The notes under the pieces were generated by a model, which was given only the letters and a program-made list of their open reading frames with translations, was not told the DNA's origin and ran no database searches. Positions 20,180 through 29,367 of a stretch of 64,000 nt of DNA are shown here, piece by piece; position 1 is the stretch's first letter, and each line of letters starts with the position of its first letter. The translations under genes and the position numbers were made by a program. The stretch spans positions 124,001 through 188,000 of IMG/VR virus record IMGVR_UViG_3300027541_000009. One strand, 5' to 3'.

Positions 20180-22306
20180 ATGTCTTACGCTACAAGGGCG
20201 CTTGCTGTAGCGTCTGCTCTTTTAATGGGGGCATCAACAGCAGCATTAGCAGAAACAATATCTGGAACAGATTTCGAGACTGGAGATACTTCAGGATGGA
20301 ATACTGGAACTCAAACAGGAACATTAGATGCCACAATCGACGGAGGAGGAACTGGTGTTAGTGTCGTAGATAATCCAGTTATCTTTAATGCCGGTTCTTT
20401 CCCAGCACAAGGAAGTCCAACATTACAAGATGGTTCTCCTAATCCATATTACGCACCCGCAGTAACACCAACCACTTGGGAGTTTGCTCCTTACGGAACC
20501 GCAGGTGCAGCACTACAACCAAATGGACAGCAAACATTCGACCAGGCAACAGAAGCACTTGGTTTAACCGCAGAACAAAATCAAGCAATAAGAGACCTTC
20601 TTATTCAACAGCAACAAGCATCTGGACTTGGAAATCCAAATCCTACTGATGCTGCTTGGATTACAAAATCAGTCACTTTGGAGACTGGAAAAGTTTATAC
20701 AATGTCTTGGAACTACATTGGAACGGACTATGTTCCTTTCAATGATGGTTCTATTACTTCACTTGTTTATCAAGGAACTGGAACTTCTCCATCAGTAACA
20801 GTTAATAACCAACTTCAAAACTATGCATTACTTGGATTTACTAATCCAGGAACTGGTGATTATTCAACAGGTTCTTTTGGTTCTACTGGATGGCAGTATT
20901 CAACTTATCAAGTAGGTGCTAATGGTGATTATCTCTTGGGATTTGCAGTATTCAACCTTGGAGATACCGCACTATCACCAGTTCTTTTAGTTGATAGTCA
21001 ACCTGGAACTACAACAGCAAATGGTGAAGAATTCACTCCTGTTGCTCCAAATAATCCAGATGCTCCATCTGTTGATGAGGTAGCACCAACTCCAACTCCT
21101 ACACCAGAGCCAACTCCTGAACCTACACCAGAGCCAACTCCCGAACCAACTCCTGAACCTACACCAGAGCCAACTCCCGAACCAACTCCTGAACCTACAC
21201 CAGAACCAGAACCAACACCAGAGCCAACTCCTGAACCCACTCCTGCTCCTGCTCCTGAACCTACACCAGAGCCAACTCCTGAACCACAACCACCAACATT
21301 ATTAAACTCTGTGACTGTTCCTGCACCAGGACTTCCAGTTGTTGTTACCACAGAAGTAACTCATAAGGCATCTGAGAAGGATGGAGTTCAAAAGATTAGA
21401 AGAGACTTTGCAACCACAACTCAAACTCCTTTATTAAGACAGGATACTTATAGTGATGGAACCGTTGTAGCATCATTACTTCTTTCTGTTGATATTGAAA
21501 ATAATCATGATGTTCTTTCTGGACGCACTGACCAGCATGAAGTTTTAGATAAGATTGGTGGTGGATTACAAAATCTGTTTATTTACGAACCAACTGAACC
21601 AACCACAGACAGAGTAAGAGTATTCAATAACAACTATTATGCCTGGTCTTCTGGTGATTATGGATACAATGGTAAGACTTTAATCATTGGTGGTGGATTA
21701 GAGATTGATATTAAACCAACCTGGACTATAGGTGGTCAATATAATAATATGAACATTGATTTGGGTGGTGTTGATAGTACTTCTAAACTCCTCAAAAATC
21801 ATTATGGAATATTCAATATGTTCCGTGGAAATACATTCTCACTCTTAACAAATGCTGGATACTCCCAGAACAAATATAATGTATCCAGAAATGTTCAGAG
21901 TGTCTTCAATAATGAAAGTTCAACAGAAGGAAAAGAGTGGTTTGTAAATAACAGACTATTCTGGCATCTCAATAAGAATGTAACTCCATTTGTTGGATAC
22001 ACTGTTGGTAACTATCAGAGAGATGGATTTACTGAGAAAGGTTCTATTCAATCCAGAAGAACTGTTGATGCTATAAACAAAACTTCACATTCTGGTGAGG
22101 TAGGTCTAAATATTTCACACCGTTTTGGTGGAAAGAAAAAGGATTTATTTGGAGTAACTATTGGTGGTTCTTATGAAACCAGTGGAATGATTGAAGCATC
22201 TGCTTCTGTTGATTATAAGGAAATGGTTATTATTGAAGGAATACATCAAATTAATGATGGAGTTTCTAACACAGCAGTATCTGCAAAACTTAAATTTAAG
22301 TTCTGA
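20180..22306 (+). CDS. Exported protein with Pro/Thr/Glu repeat linker and autotransporter-like C-terminal beta-barrel
   Basis: Signal peptide (ALA-E), beta-rich N-domain, (PEPT)n, amphipathic beta-strands ending KLKFKF. Confidence 0.6.
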   Translation: MSYATRALAVASALLMGASTAALAETISGTDFETGDTSGWNTGTQTGTLDATIDGGGTGVSVVDNPVIFNAGSFPAQGSPTLQDGSPNPYYAPAVTPTTWEFAPYGTAGAALQPNGQQTFDQATEALGLTAEQNQAIRDLLIQQQQASGLGNPNPTDAAWITKSVTLETGKVYTMSWNYIGTDYVPFNDGSITSLVYQGTGTSPSVTVNNQLQNYALLGFTNPGTGDYSTGSFGSTGWQYSTYQVGANGDYLLGFAVFNLGDTALSPVLLVDSQPGTTTANGEEFTPVAPNNPDAPSVDEVAPTPTPTPEPTPEPTPEPTPEPTPEPTPEPTPEPTPEPTPEPEPTPEPTPEPTPAPAPEPTPEPTPEPQPPTLLNSVTVPAPGLPVVVTTEVTHKASEKDGVQKIRRDFATTTQTPLLRQDTYSDGTVVASLLLSVDIENNHDVLSGRTDQHEVLDKIGGGLQNLFIYEPTEPTTDRVRVFNNNYYAWSSGDYGYNGKTLIIGGGLEIDIKPTWTIGGQYNNMNIDLGGVDSTSKLLKNHYGIFNMFRGNTFSLLTNAGYSQNKYNVSRNVQSVFNNESSTEGKEWFVNNRLFWHLNKNVTPFVGYTVGNYQRDGFTEKGSIQSRRTVDAINKTSHSGEVGLNISHRFGGKKKDLFGVTIGGSYETSGMIEASASVDYKEMVIIEGIHQINDGVSNTAVSAKLKFKF
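21086..21286 (+). repeat. Degenerate 12-bp tandem repeat encoding (PEPT)n
   Basis: Units such as CCAGAGCCAACT, CCTGAACCTACA and CCCGAACCAACT. Confidence 0.95.
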
Positions 22307-22342
22307 AATCCTAAATAACAAAGACACTTCATCAAAAGACTG

Positions 22343-22687
22343 ATGGATAATCCAAATAAAAGAGAAAAGTGTATGAGTACTGTTATTCGTATAGCGATTT
22401 TGGGTTGGTCCGCTGCTCTTCTTACTGCCAGTTATGCTGGGGCTCTATCTAAGATGGATCCTACTTTTATTGCTACTGTATTCACAGCATCTGCTGCAAC
22501 TTTCGGTATTAATACAATGAAGAAGGGTGGCGATGAAGATGAGAAGAAAGAAGAACCACGCAGAGAAGTTGTAGTAGAACCTACTCCAGAACCACCAGCA
22601 CCAGAAGTTGCTGCTGAACCAACTCTTGAAGAAAGAGTTGAAGCACTTGAAGAAGGTCAAGTACAACCTCGCACAGGTGGCGCATAA
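22343..22687 (+). CDS. Hypothetical membrane protein (2 predicted TM segments, acidic/Pro-rich tail)
   Basis: Hydrophobic N-half; late promoter TAAATA at 22312-22317. Confidence 0.65.
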   Translation: MDNPNKREKCMSTVIRIAILGWSAALLTASYAGALSKMDPTFIATVFTASAATFGINTMKKGGDEDEKKEEPRREVVVEPTPEPPAPEVAAEPTLEERVEALEEGQVQPRTGGA

Positions 22688-22803
22688 TGGCAAAGTCAGC
22701 AAACAAAGGTAAGAAAGGTTCGGCAGGTTCTGCTAATAACAAAAAGCAGAATTCTGGCAATGCGAACGCCAAAAAGGCAAAGAATGGTGGAAAGAAAAAA
22801 TGA
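22687..22803 (+). CDS. 38-aa Lys/Asn/Gly-rich basic peptide (not in ORF track)
   Basis: MAKSANKGKKGSAGSANNKKQNSGNANAKKAKNGGKKK; start and stop overlap both neighbours. Confidence 0.55.
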   Translation: MAKSANKGKKGSAGSANNKKQNSGNANAKKAKNGGKKK

Positions 22804-22906
22804 TTGAATTTGTTACTTTGGTGGTTGTTGGTCATGTGTTAGTTGGACCTAACTTATGTCAAACTGATTTTTTAAGTGATAATCAAATTTACACATTTAT
22901 ATACCA

Positions 22907-23107
22907 ATGCCAAGAGAATGGAACACTCCAAAACGAGAGTGTTGGAATGCTCCCATCCACCAAATACTCAAAGCTATAGATAATCACACCCGTCTTCATA
23001 TGGAGACGGGTGATTTTTGGCATGAAGAACAGGCCCAGATCTTGAGAAAATATGTCAAAGATTTGAAAATCTGGATTCATAAACAAGAAGGATGGTGGGA
23101 TGAATGA
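22907..23107 (+). CDS. Hypothetical protein
   Basis: ORF in operon; stop overlaps the next start. Confidence 0.6.
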   Translation: MPREWNTPKRECWNAPIHQILKAIDNHTRLHMETGDFWHEEQAQILRKYVKDLKIWIHKQEGWWDE

Positions 23108-23850
23108 AAAAAATTCTCACAGCAATTAGTTTATCATTAGCATTGATTTCTCCAGTAGCAGCAGAATCAATAATTAAAACACAACCAACTGTAAAACCTT
23201 ATAGTTTATCAGCAATGGGTTGTATGATACTTTTGGAATGTACTGAAGGAGTAGAAAGACTTACAGTAGATTCTGAATTACTAAAAGATCCAGACTTTGA
23301 TCCATTTAGAGAAGAACTAAAAGCAATCATTGCAGGACTTGATAAACTTGGAGTTCCTGTTTATGTTGCACCAGAAAGATATTTCACACCAAGGACAGTA
23401 GGATTATATAAACCAGAATATAATCGTTTCTTTGTAAATGAAACTCTTCTTAAAGATCCTAGAGAGTTTCTAGGAACAATGAGACACGAAGGATGGCATA
23501 CAGTTCAAGACTGTATGGGTGGTGGATTAAAAACATCTTTTATGGCACAGGTTCATCAAGATAGTGAGATCCCTGCCTGGGTTATGAAATCTACAAGATT
23601 GACTTATGAAACGATGGGTCAAGGTCGTGCAGTTCCTTGGGAAGCAGATGCTAACTGGGCAGAAGAACAATCAAATGTCACTGCAGAAAAGTTAGAAATG
23701 TGTGCTAAGGGTCCACTGTGGGAACAGATGAGACCAACTCCAATGACAATGGATTGGCTGATTGGTTGTGGATGGATGAAACCACAAGAGGGTAAGTATC
23801 CATATTATCCAAACAAGAAAGCAGAATATTGTGTAGAAGGTAAGTTTTAA
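23104..23850 (+). CDS. Exported putative zinc metallopeptidase
   Basis: Signal peptide (PVAA-E) and HEGWH (HExxH) motif. Confidence 0.55.
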   Translation: MKKILTAISLSLALISPVAAESIIKTQPTVKPYSLSAMGCMILLECTEGVERLTVDSELLKDPDFDPFREELKAIIAGLDKLGVPVYVAPERYFTPRTVGLYKPEYNRFFVNETLLKDPREFLGTMRHEGWHTVQDCMGGGLKTSFMAQVHQDSEIPAWVMKSTRLTYETMGQGRAVPWEADANWAEEQSNVTAEKLEMCAKGPLWEQMRPTPMTMDWLIGCGWMKPQEGKYPYYPNKKAEYCVEGKF

Positions 23851-24002
23851 TGAGCGACTTTCCTTGGGGAGTAATTATAATATTGGGGTCTGGTCTTATC
23901 TTTACTTTATATGTAATCTACTACATATTACGATTAGCACACGAGGAAATGAAAAATGAAGAACCTAGCAATCATTCTGTCAACAACAAGTCTTCTCATT
24001 AG
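23850..24002 (+). CDS. 50-aa membrane peptide (not in ORF track)
   Basis: MSDFPWGVIIILGSGLIFTLYVIYYILRLA...; TAATG overlap. Confidence 0.5.
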   Translation: MSDFPWGVIIILGSGLIFTLYVIYYILRLAHEEMKNEEPSNHSVNNKSSH

Positions 24003-24168
24003 TGGAGCACTTTGCTATGGTGCTTATGTGACTTATAAAAAAGCGGAAGCAATTTTAAACAACCCAGAACAGTTCGTTGGTAAGGTTGTGGAGAATCAAG
24101 TGAATAAAGCATTTGAGAAACTACCAATTCCCAAACTAAATACTGGGAGTATTAAGTTTCCTTTCTAA
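23956..24168 (+). CDS. Hypothetical membrane-anchored protein
   Basis: N-terminal hydrophobic helix; GAGG RBS. Confidence 0.6.
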   Translation: MKNLAIILSTTSLLISGALCYGAYVTYKKAEAILNNPEQFVGKVVENQVNKAFEKLPIPKLNTGSIKFPF

Positions 24169-24608
24169 TGGCAGACAAAGACCCGTATATCTATAGAATC
24201 AAATCAGTATATAAGGTAGTAGATGGCGACACTATTGATGCTGCTATTGACCTTGGGTTTGATATCTCCCTTACTAAACGAATTCGTCTTGCTGGTGTCG
24301 ATACCCCAGAGAGCAGAACAACTGATGCTAAAGAAAAGGCACTTGGTCTTGAAGTTAAAGAATGGCTCAAGAAAAAGTTAGAAGGTCAAACTGACATTAT
24401 TGTCAAAACAGAACTCCCAGATTCTACCGAAAAGTACGGAAGAATTCTTGGACATTTGTTTATTGGGGATGCTGAAGTATCCGCAGTCAATAAAAAGAAA
24501 TCAGTCAATCAAATGATGATTGATGAAGGATTTGCTTGGGAATATTCTGGTGGCACTAAAAAGAAAGATTTTGCTCTATTAGAATCAAAAAGACAAGCGA
24601 GCAGATAA
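24168..24608 (+). CDS. Thermonuclease (SNase-like) nuclease
   Basis: VVDGDTID, RIRLAGVDTPE, EKYGRILG. Confidence 0.88.
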   Translation: MADKDPYIYRIKSVYKVVDGDTIDAAIDLGFDISLTKRIRLAGVDTPESRTTDAKEKALGLEVKEWLKKKLEGQTDIIVKTELPDSTEKYGRILGHLFIGDAEVSAVNKKKSVNQMMIDEGFAWEYSGGTKKKDFALLESKRQASR

Positions 24609-25484
24609 TTTCTTAGCAATCTTTTTAGGAGGGGCATAGAGAGACTTAAATCTTTCTTGCCCCTCTTTTGTGAATTTATCTTTTACTGGTTCATCAATAA
24701 TCACTTTATTCTCAATTTCATATAGGGTATTCTTTTCAATCTCATCACGGATATATTGTTCTACATTATCTGTTTGTGCAACAAGTCTTGTTCCCTCTGA
24801 TGAATATTCAAAAATATCAATATGACCTGCTTCTGCCATCACATAATGGAGAACAGGTTTAACTTGTTTGATTTTAATTTTAAACTTATTCTTTGTTGCT
24901 TCTTTGATAAATGGTTCAGCAGCATTCTTCAATACATTTAAAACTGCTGTGGATGCCATTGTAGCAGCAGTTGTGACTACTGCGACAGCACCAGCCGTAG
25001 CAACAAGAGAAGGGTCAGGTAAATTAATATCGACACCATAAACAGAAAATGTTGGTTGTGGTTTATCTGCTGGAACTTCTGCAACTGGAGTAACAACAGG
25101 AGTTTGAGTAGGGGGGGTTTGAGCAACCTGAGGCAGTTGAGGTGGGGGGGTAGTATCAGGCAACCCCCTTGTTTTTTCTTGTTGTTCTGTTGCTTGTTTT
25201 TCACGCTCTGCTTTTACAGCAGCATCAAACTCTGCTTGAGTTGGAACATTAATAACTGGATATTTAATCGTAGTATTTGGGGCATCAATAACAGGAACTT
25301 CAAGACCACGAACAACAGGTGCTTCTACAGAACGAACATTTGGTCTATCTATAGTTGAGATTATAGATGGACCAGATATTCTGTTGATACTTGCACTCGG
25401 TATGTTAATCGGATTATTTCCGATTATTTGCCTTAAGTTTGGATTATCAATAGGTTGTATTGGTTCCATTGACCACATCCTCAA
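24585..25484 (-). CDS. Hypothetical Pro/Thr-rich protein with one hydrophobic segment
   Basis: ORF track; TPPPQLPQVAQTPP linker and AGAVAVVTTAATMASTAV helix. Confidence 0.65.
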   Translation of the reverse strand: MRMWSMEPIQPIDNPNLRQIIGNNPINIPSASINRISGPSIISTIDRPNVRSVEAPVVRGLEVPVIDAPNTTIKYPVINVPTQAEFDAAVKAEREKQATEQQEKTRGLPDTTPPPQLPQVAQTPPTQTPVVTPVAEVPADKPQPTFSVYGVDINLPDPSLVATAGAVAVVTTAATMASTAVLNVLKNAAEPFIKEATKNKFKIKIKQVKPVLHYVMAEAGHIDIFEYSSEGTRLVAQTDNVEQYIRDEIEKNTLYEIENKVIIDEPVKDKFTKEGQERFKSLYAPPKKIAKKLSARLSF

Positions 25485-26025
25485 CTCTTGGGTACTTCAC
25501 AACAATATCTTCACAAACTTTGTAGTAAGGACTATCAGGATGGAACATAATTCCTGCTTTGTATGCTTCACCACATTTTAATAATCTTACAAGTTCAAAA
25601 TCTAATCTTGCTTTATCAGCTTCGGCTTGTTGTCTTGAGATTTCAACTCTTGCTCTTGATTTGCAGAGTTCTTGTAAAGAACCATCTAAGGGAATATTAA
25701 ATCCCATAGATAATCCAGCATTTCCAGAATAAGATGAAAACTGTTCTGGATCTTGACTAGCATTACCATTACCAATAATAAATGGTGCCAGGGAAAATGT
25801 TGGTCCTTGACAAGAAACACCAGCACCAAATGTATTCATAGCATAAGGGCCCTGAAGCACTTGAACTGCCTGGTTTGTTACATTACCAGTAGCAGATGCT
25901 GAAGGTCCTGCGATGTTTGTATTTGATGGAGCTTGCTGAGCAAATGCAGTCCCTGTTGAAATTATTGCGTAAAGACAGAGATTGATGTAGTAGTTGATTG
26001 AGTTTCTGTGGTGCGATCTATCCAT
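25447..26025 (-). CDS. Hypothetical exported protein
   Basis: Signal-like TAFA-Q; several Cys; exact start uncertain. Confidence 0.6.
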   Translation of the reverse strand: MDRSHHRNSINYYINLCLYAIISTGTAFAQQAPSNTNIAGPSASATGNVTNQAVQVLQGPYAMNTFGAGVSCQGPTFSLAPFIIGNGNASQDPEQFSSYSGNAGLSMGFNIPLDGSLQELCKSRARVEISRQQAEADKARLDFELVRLLKCGEAYKAGIMFHPDSPYYKVCEDIVVKYPRVEDVVNGTNTTY

Positions 26026-26327
26026 GTTTCTTTTGCCACTCCAGGTCCGAGATAGGTTTCACTGAACTGGAATGGAGCACCAGGAGTTGTAATACTATAA
26101 TTTGTATCCTTAGTAGGATTTCCAGGAATGTTGATGTTCGTACCAGTTACAGTATAAGATTCACCAGTTGTATATTCAACTTGGCGGATTGCTTCTACAA
26201 TTCTTGTTGTAGATTCTGTTGTTGCATTGATTGTGCCTCTAGTAAAATTAGGCACAACGCTCTCAGCATAAACGGGAGTACAAATGACTCCCGTTGCTAA
26301 AAGCAAAACGGGAGTTAAATGTCTCAT
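25962..26327 (-). CDS. Hypothetical exported protein
   Basis: Signal peptide PVYA-E; Thr-rich beta character. Confidence 0.65.
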   Translation of the reverse strand: MRHLTPVLLLATGVICTPVYAESVVPNFTRGTINATTESTTRIVEAIRQVEYTTGESYTVTGTNINIPGNPTKDTNYSITTPGAPFQFSETYLGPGVAKETWIDRTTETQSTTTSISVFTQ

Positions 26328-26785
26328 TTGAATACACTCAGTTCAATGGACCTTTGAGCAGTAGCACTTGTTCCAGCACCACCAGCAGTAACAGTAGGAA
26401 CACCAGTTGGTGAAAGAGTACCTGCAAGAGTTCCTTTCTCACCACCAACTTGAGTTACACTATCTCCGTAGAGATTTGGTGTTCCAATAACACCGTTAGT
26501 AACTGTTTGAGTATTAACTGGAGTATCAGCAGCATTGAAACTTTCAGAGAAAGTAAATGCTTGACCTGGAGTATTAATGTCATAGGTTCCAGCACCACCA
26601 ACACCTCCAAAGGATGTTGCTTGGATATTGGTTCCTGACGCCGAATAGGAAGCACCAATTCGAGTTGATTGAACTGCGGCACCATCAACTTTCAATTGAA
26701 CGGAATCAGTGATTTTTGATGTAATTTCAGCAGCATTAACTGGGATTGCGAAGAATAACGAAAAGGCTAATAGAAGTCTTTTCAT
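26324..26785 (-). CDS. Hypothetical exported protein
   Basis: Signal peptide PVNA-A; minus-strand late promoter TAAATA at 26815-26820. Confidence 0.7.
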   Translation of the reverse strand: MKRLLLAFSLFFAIPVNAAEITSKITDSVQLKVDGAAVQSTRIGASYSASGTNIQATSFGGVGGAGTYDINTPGQAFTFSESFNAADTPVNTQTVTNGVIGTPNLYGDSVTQVGGEKGTLAGTLSPTGVPTVTAGGAGTSATAQRSIELSVFK

Positions 26786-26848
26786 TTTCTTATTGTTGTG
26801 ATAAACACTATGAGTATTTAGGAGAGTGTCCCCATTTGGGGAGGGGGG

Positions 26849-26882
26849 TTGACACAGGCGGCAAACCGTAGTATGATAAATA
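26849..26882 (+). promoter_or_regulatory. psbA promoter: TTGACA-17-TATGAT overlapping late TAAATA
   Basis: TTGACA 26849-26854, TATGAT 26872-26877, TAAATA 26877-26882. Confidence 0.8.
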
Positions 26883-26934
26883 GGTAAACAAATGTTACGG
26901 AACGCAACGTTCCCTTAACATTGTTAGACACCCG

Positions 26935-27032
26935 ATAACCGAGACCTATGGGTGTATAAATTACGTCTCTCATATCCCCGCTAAGGGTGCGGGGAGCATA
27001 GTATCTCCACCATTTCCCTGATGGTCTTACTA
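26935..27032 (+). ncRNA. PhotoRC-II-like structured psbA leader RNA
   Basis: GAGAC/GTCTC pairing, CCCCGC-TAAGGGT-GCGGGG hairpin and CCAT/ATGG hairpin directly 5' of a phage psbA; similarity to the motif is recalled, not searched. Confidence 0.6.
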
Positions 27033-27045
27033 ACTGCTTAAAACA

Positions 27046-28125
27046 ATGACTGCTACAATTTCACGTCAACGACAATCGAATACTTGGGAACAATTCTGCA
27101 ACTGGGTCACATCAACCGATAATCGTCTTTATGTCGGTTGGTTCGGAGTCCTCATGATTCCTTGCCTGCTTGCTGCTACGACTTGTTTCATCATCGCATT
27201 CATCGGTGCTCCCCCAGTGGACATTGATGGTATCCGTGAACCCGTTGCTGGTTCACTCATGTACGGAAACAACATCATCTCTGGTGCTGTTATTCCTTCG
27301 TCCAACGCGATTGGACTGCACTTTTATCCCATCTGGGAAGCTGCTTCGCTTGATGAGTGGCTTTACAACGGTGGTCCTTTCCAACTTGTAGTGTTCCACT
27401 TCCTTATCGGTATCTACGCTTACATGGGTCGTGAATGGGAACTTTCATACCGTCTTGGTATGCGTCCTTGGATCTGTGTTGCTTACTCTGCACCTGTGGC
27501 TGCTGCTTCTGCTGTGTTCCTGGTGTATCCTTTCGGTCAAGGTTCTTTCTCTGATGCGATGCCTCTGGGTATCTCTGGTACGTTCAACTATATGCTTGTG
27601 TTCCAGGCAGAGCACAACATCCTGATGCACCCCTTCCACATGCTTGGTGTGGCTGGTGTCTTTGGAGGTTCTCTGTTCAGTGCTATGCACGGTTCTCTGG
27701 TTACTTCCTCACTGGTTCGTGAAACCACTGAGAACGAGTCACAGAACTATGGTTACAAGTTTGGTCAAGAAGAAGAGACCTATAACATCGTTGCTGCTCA
27801 CGGTTATTTCGGACGCCTTATTTTCCAATATGCTTCCTTTAATAACTCACGTTCGCTGCACTTCTTCCTTGCTGCATGGCCTGTAGTTGGTATCTGGTTC
27901 ACTGCTCTTGGTGTTAGCACCATGGCATTCAACCTCAACGGTTTCAACTTTAACCAGTCCATCATTGATTCACAGGGTCGTGTCCTCAACACTTGGGCAG
28001 ATGTTCTGAACCGTGCTGGACTCGGGCTCGAGGTGATGCACGAAAGGAATGCACACAATTTCCCTCTGGATCTTGCTGCTGCTAGCAACACTCCTGTTGC
28101 CCTTACTGCACCCGCAATCGGTTGA
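27046..28125 (+). CDS. psbA: Photosystem II D1 protein, intronless
   Basis: Unmistakable D1 sequence, with E130, H332, E333, H337 and A344. Confidence 0.99.
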   Translation: MTATISRQRQSNTWEQFCNWVTSTDNRLYVGWFGVLMIPCLLAATTCFIIAFIGAPPVDIDGIREPVAGSLMYGNNIISGAVIPSSNAIGLHFYPIWEAASLDEWLYNGGPFQLVVFHFLIGIYAYMGREWELSYRLGMRPWICVAYSAPVAAASAVFLVYPFGQGSFSDAMPLGISGTFNYMLVFQAEHNILMHPFHMLGVAGVFGGSLFSAMHGSLVTSSLVRETTENESQNYGYKFGQEEETYNIVAAHGYFGRLIFQYASFNNSRSLHFFLAAWPVVGIWFTALGVSTMAFNLNGFNFNQSIIDSQGRVLNTWADVLNRAGLGLEVMHERNAHNFPLDLAAASNTPVALTAPAIG

Positions 28126-28151
28126 GTTTTATAAAAACTGAATAAGAATGA

Positions 28152-28177
28152 AGAGACCTTTACAGGTCTCTTTTTTT
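28152..28177 (+). terminator. Intrinsic terminator after psbA
   Basis: AGAGACCT-TTAC-AGGTCTCT plus T run. Confidence 0.85.
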
Positions 28178-28222
28178 ATGGTATTATTCATAAATAGTTC
28201 CATACCAAACTTCCATACCATA

Positions 28223-28585
28223 ATGAAAACTTGTAGTAGATGTGGAGAAACAAAAGAACTTGATAGTTTCTCTAAAAGAAGTAGTAGACCTTCTGGGGTT
28301 CAATCAAAGTGTAAGGATTGTGAACGGGAAGTTCGTAGGCAATATTATAAGACTCACGAATATGCTAGACGCAGATTTAAACTTACAGAAGACCAATATA
28401 ATGACCTAATGAAGAATGAGAACTGCCAAATATGTGATGTGGAACTAACCAAGAAGTGTATAGACCACTGCCACTCTACAAATAAGGTTCGTGGTGTTCT
28501 CTGTAACAACTGCAACACTGCATTAGGTCTTGTAGGAGACAACATCAGCACTCTTCAAAAGATGATAGAATACCTAAATAACTAA
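28223..28585 (+). CDS. Endonuclease VII-family free-standing homing endonuclease (F-CphI-like)
   Basis: CSRC...CKDC zinc finger; CQIC...IDHCHSTNKVRGVLCNNCNTALG His-Me motif; late promoter TAAATA at 28191-28196; position directly after psbA. Confidence 0.8.
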   Translation: MKTCSRCGETKELDSFSKRSSRPSGVQSKCKDCEREVRRQYYKTHEYARRRFKLTEDQYNDLMKNENCQICDVELTKKCIDHCHSTNKVRGVLCNNCNTALGLVGDNISTLQKMIEYLNN

Positions 28586-28600
28586 AAAGTATTCATAAAA

Positions 28601-29335
28601 ATGGACGCACAAGAACTTCGCAATCTTCAAGAAGCATATATGGAAGTTGTTGAAAATCAGCAACTGGATGAAATCTCTGATAGAAAAGTCAAAGGAATGT
28701 TAAGAAAGAGAGATGCACAAGATGTAGATAGTGGTGGTATAAGTGGTGCTTGGATGGCAAGACGCCGCGCTCATCAGGCAGCAGCAAGAAGAAATGTAAG
28801 AACAGGTTCAAATGTTCGTGTCGATTCTGATTTAGCAAAAGAAGAAGTAGATGTTTACGATCTAATTCTTTCACACTTACTTGATGAAGGATATGCTGAT
28901 ACTCAACAAGCAGCAGAAGCAATTATGGTGAATATGAGTGAAGAGTGGAGAGACAATATTATAGAAAGAGAGGATAGTCCTTATGAGAAAGCATCTGATG
29001 CTGCATTAGATAAAAGATATGGATATGGTAGAGCATCTGGTGATAAGCGTTCTTTCGGTAGAGCAGCAAATCGTTCATCTGCTGCCGCTGCCCTTCGTGC
29101 TATTAGAAGAGGTGAAAGAAGTGGTAGTGGAACTTCAAGAGAAGCAGGTGCTGATGCAGTTCATCAGGGTTGGGCAAGAACTGCTAAAACAAGTACAGAC
29201 CAAACACCAGAAAAGAAACAAAGAAGAGCAAAACTTGCTAATACATCATATTCAAATCTTCCCGATGATGAAAAGGAAAAGGATAGAGTATCTTTTGATG
29301 CTGTAAGAGCAACTTATAATAGAAACAAAAGATAA
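28601..29335 (+). CDS. Hypothetical late protein with T4-like cyanophage repeat motifs
   Basis: MDAQELRNLQEAY and DLILSHLLDEGYADT..AAEAIMVNMSEEW segments; late promoter at 28575-28580. Confidence 0.7.
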   Translation: MDAQELRNLQEAYMEVVENQQLDEISDRKVKGMLRKRDAQDVDSGGISGAWMARRRAHQAAARRNVRTGSNVRVDSDLAKEEVDVYDLILSHLLDEGYADTQQAAEAIMVNMSEEWRDNIIEREDSPYEKASDAALDKRYGYGRASGDKRSFGRAANRSSAAAALRAIRRGERSGSGTSREAGADAVHQGWARTAKTSTDQTPEKKQRRAKLANTSYSNLPDDEKEKDRVSFDAVRATYNRNKR

Positions 29336-29367
29336 TAAAAAAGGAGGGATAAAACCCTCCTTTAACT

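Noticed and set aside
21086-21286. Tandem repeat as a possible CRISPR or mini-array
   Set aside because: 12-bp in-frame coding units with no unique spacers.
20987-21351. Antisense ORFs with GSGV or WFRSW repeats
   Set aside because: They are simply the reverse complement of the PEPT repeat.
22343-22687. Holin assignment
   Set aside because: Two hydrophobic segments only; separated from the lysins and no diagnostic motif, so left as hypothetical.
27046-28125. Group I intron in psbA
   Set aside because: The reading frame is continuous, 359 aa, with no insertion at codons 334/335.
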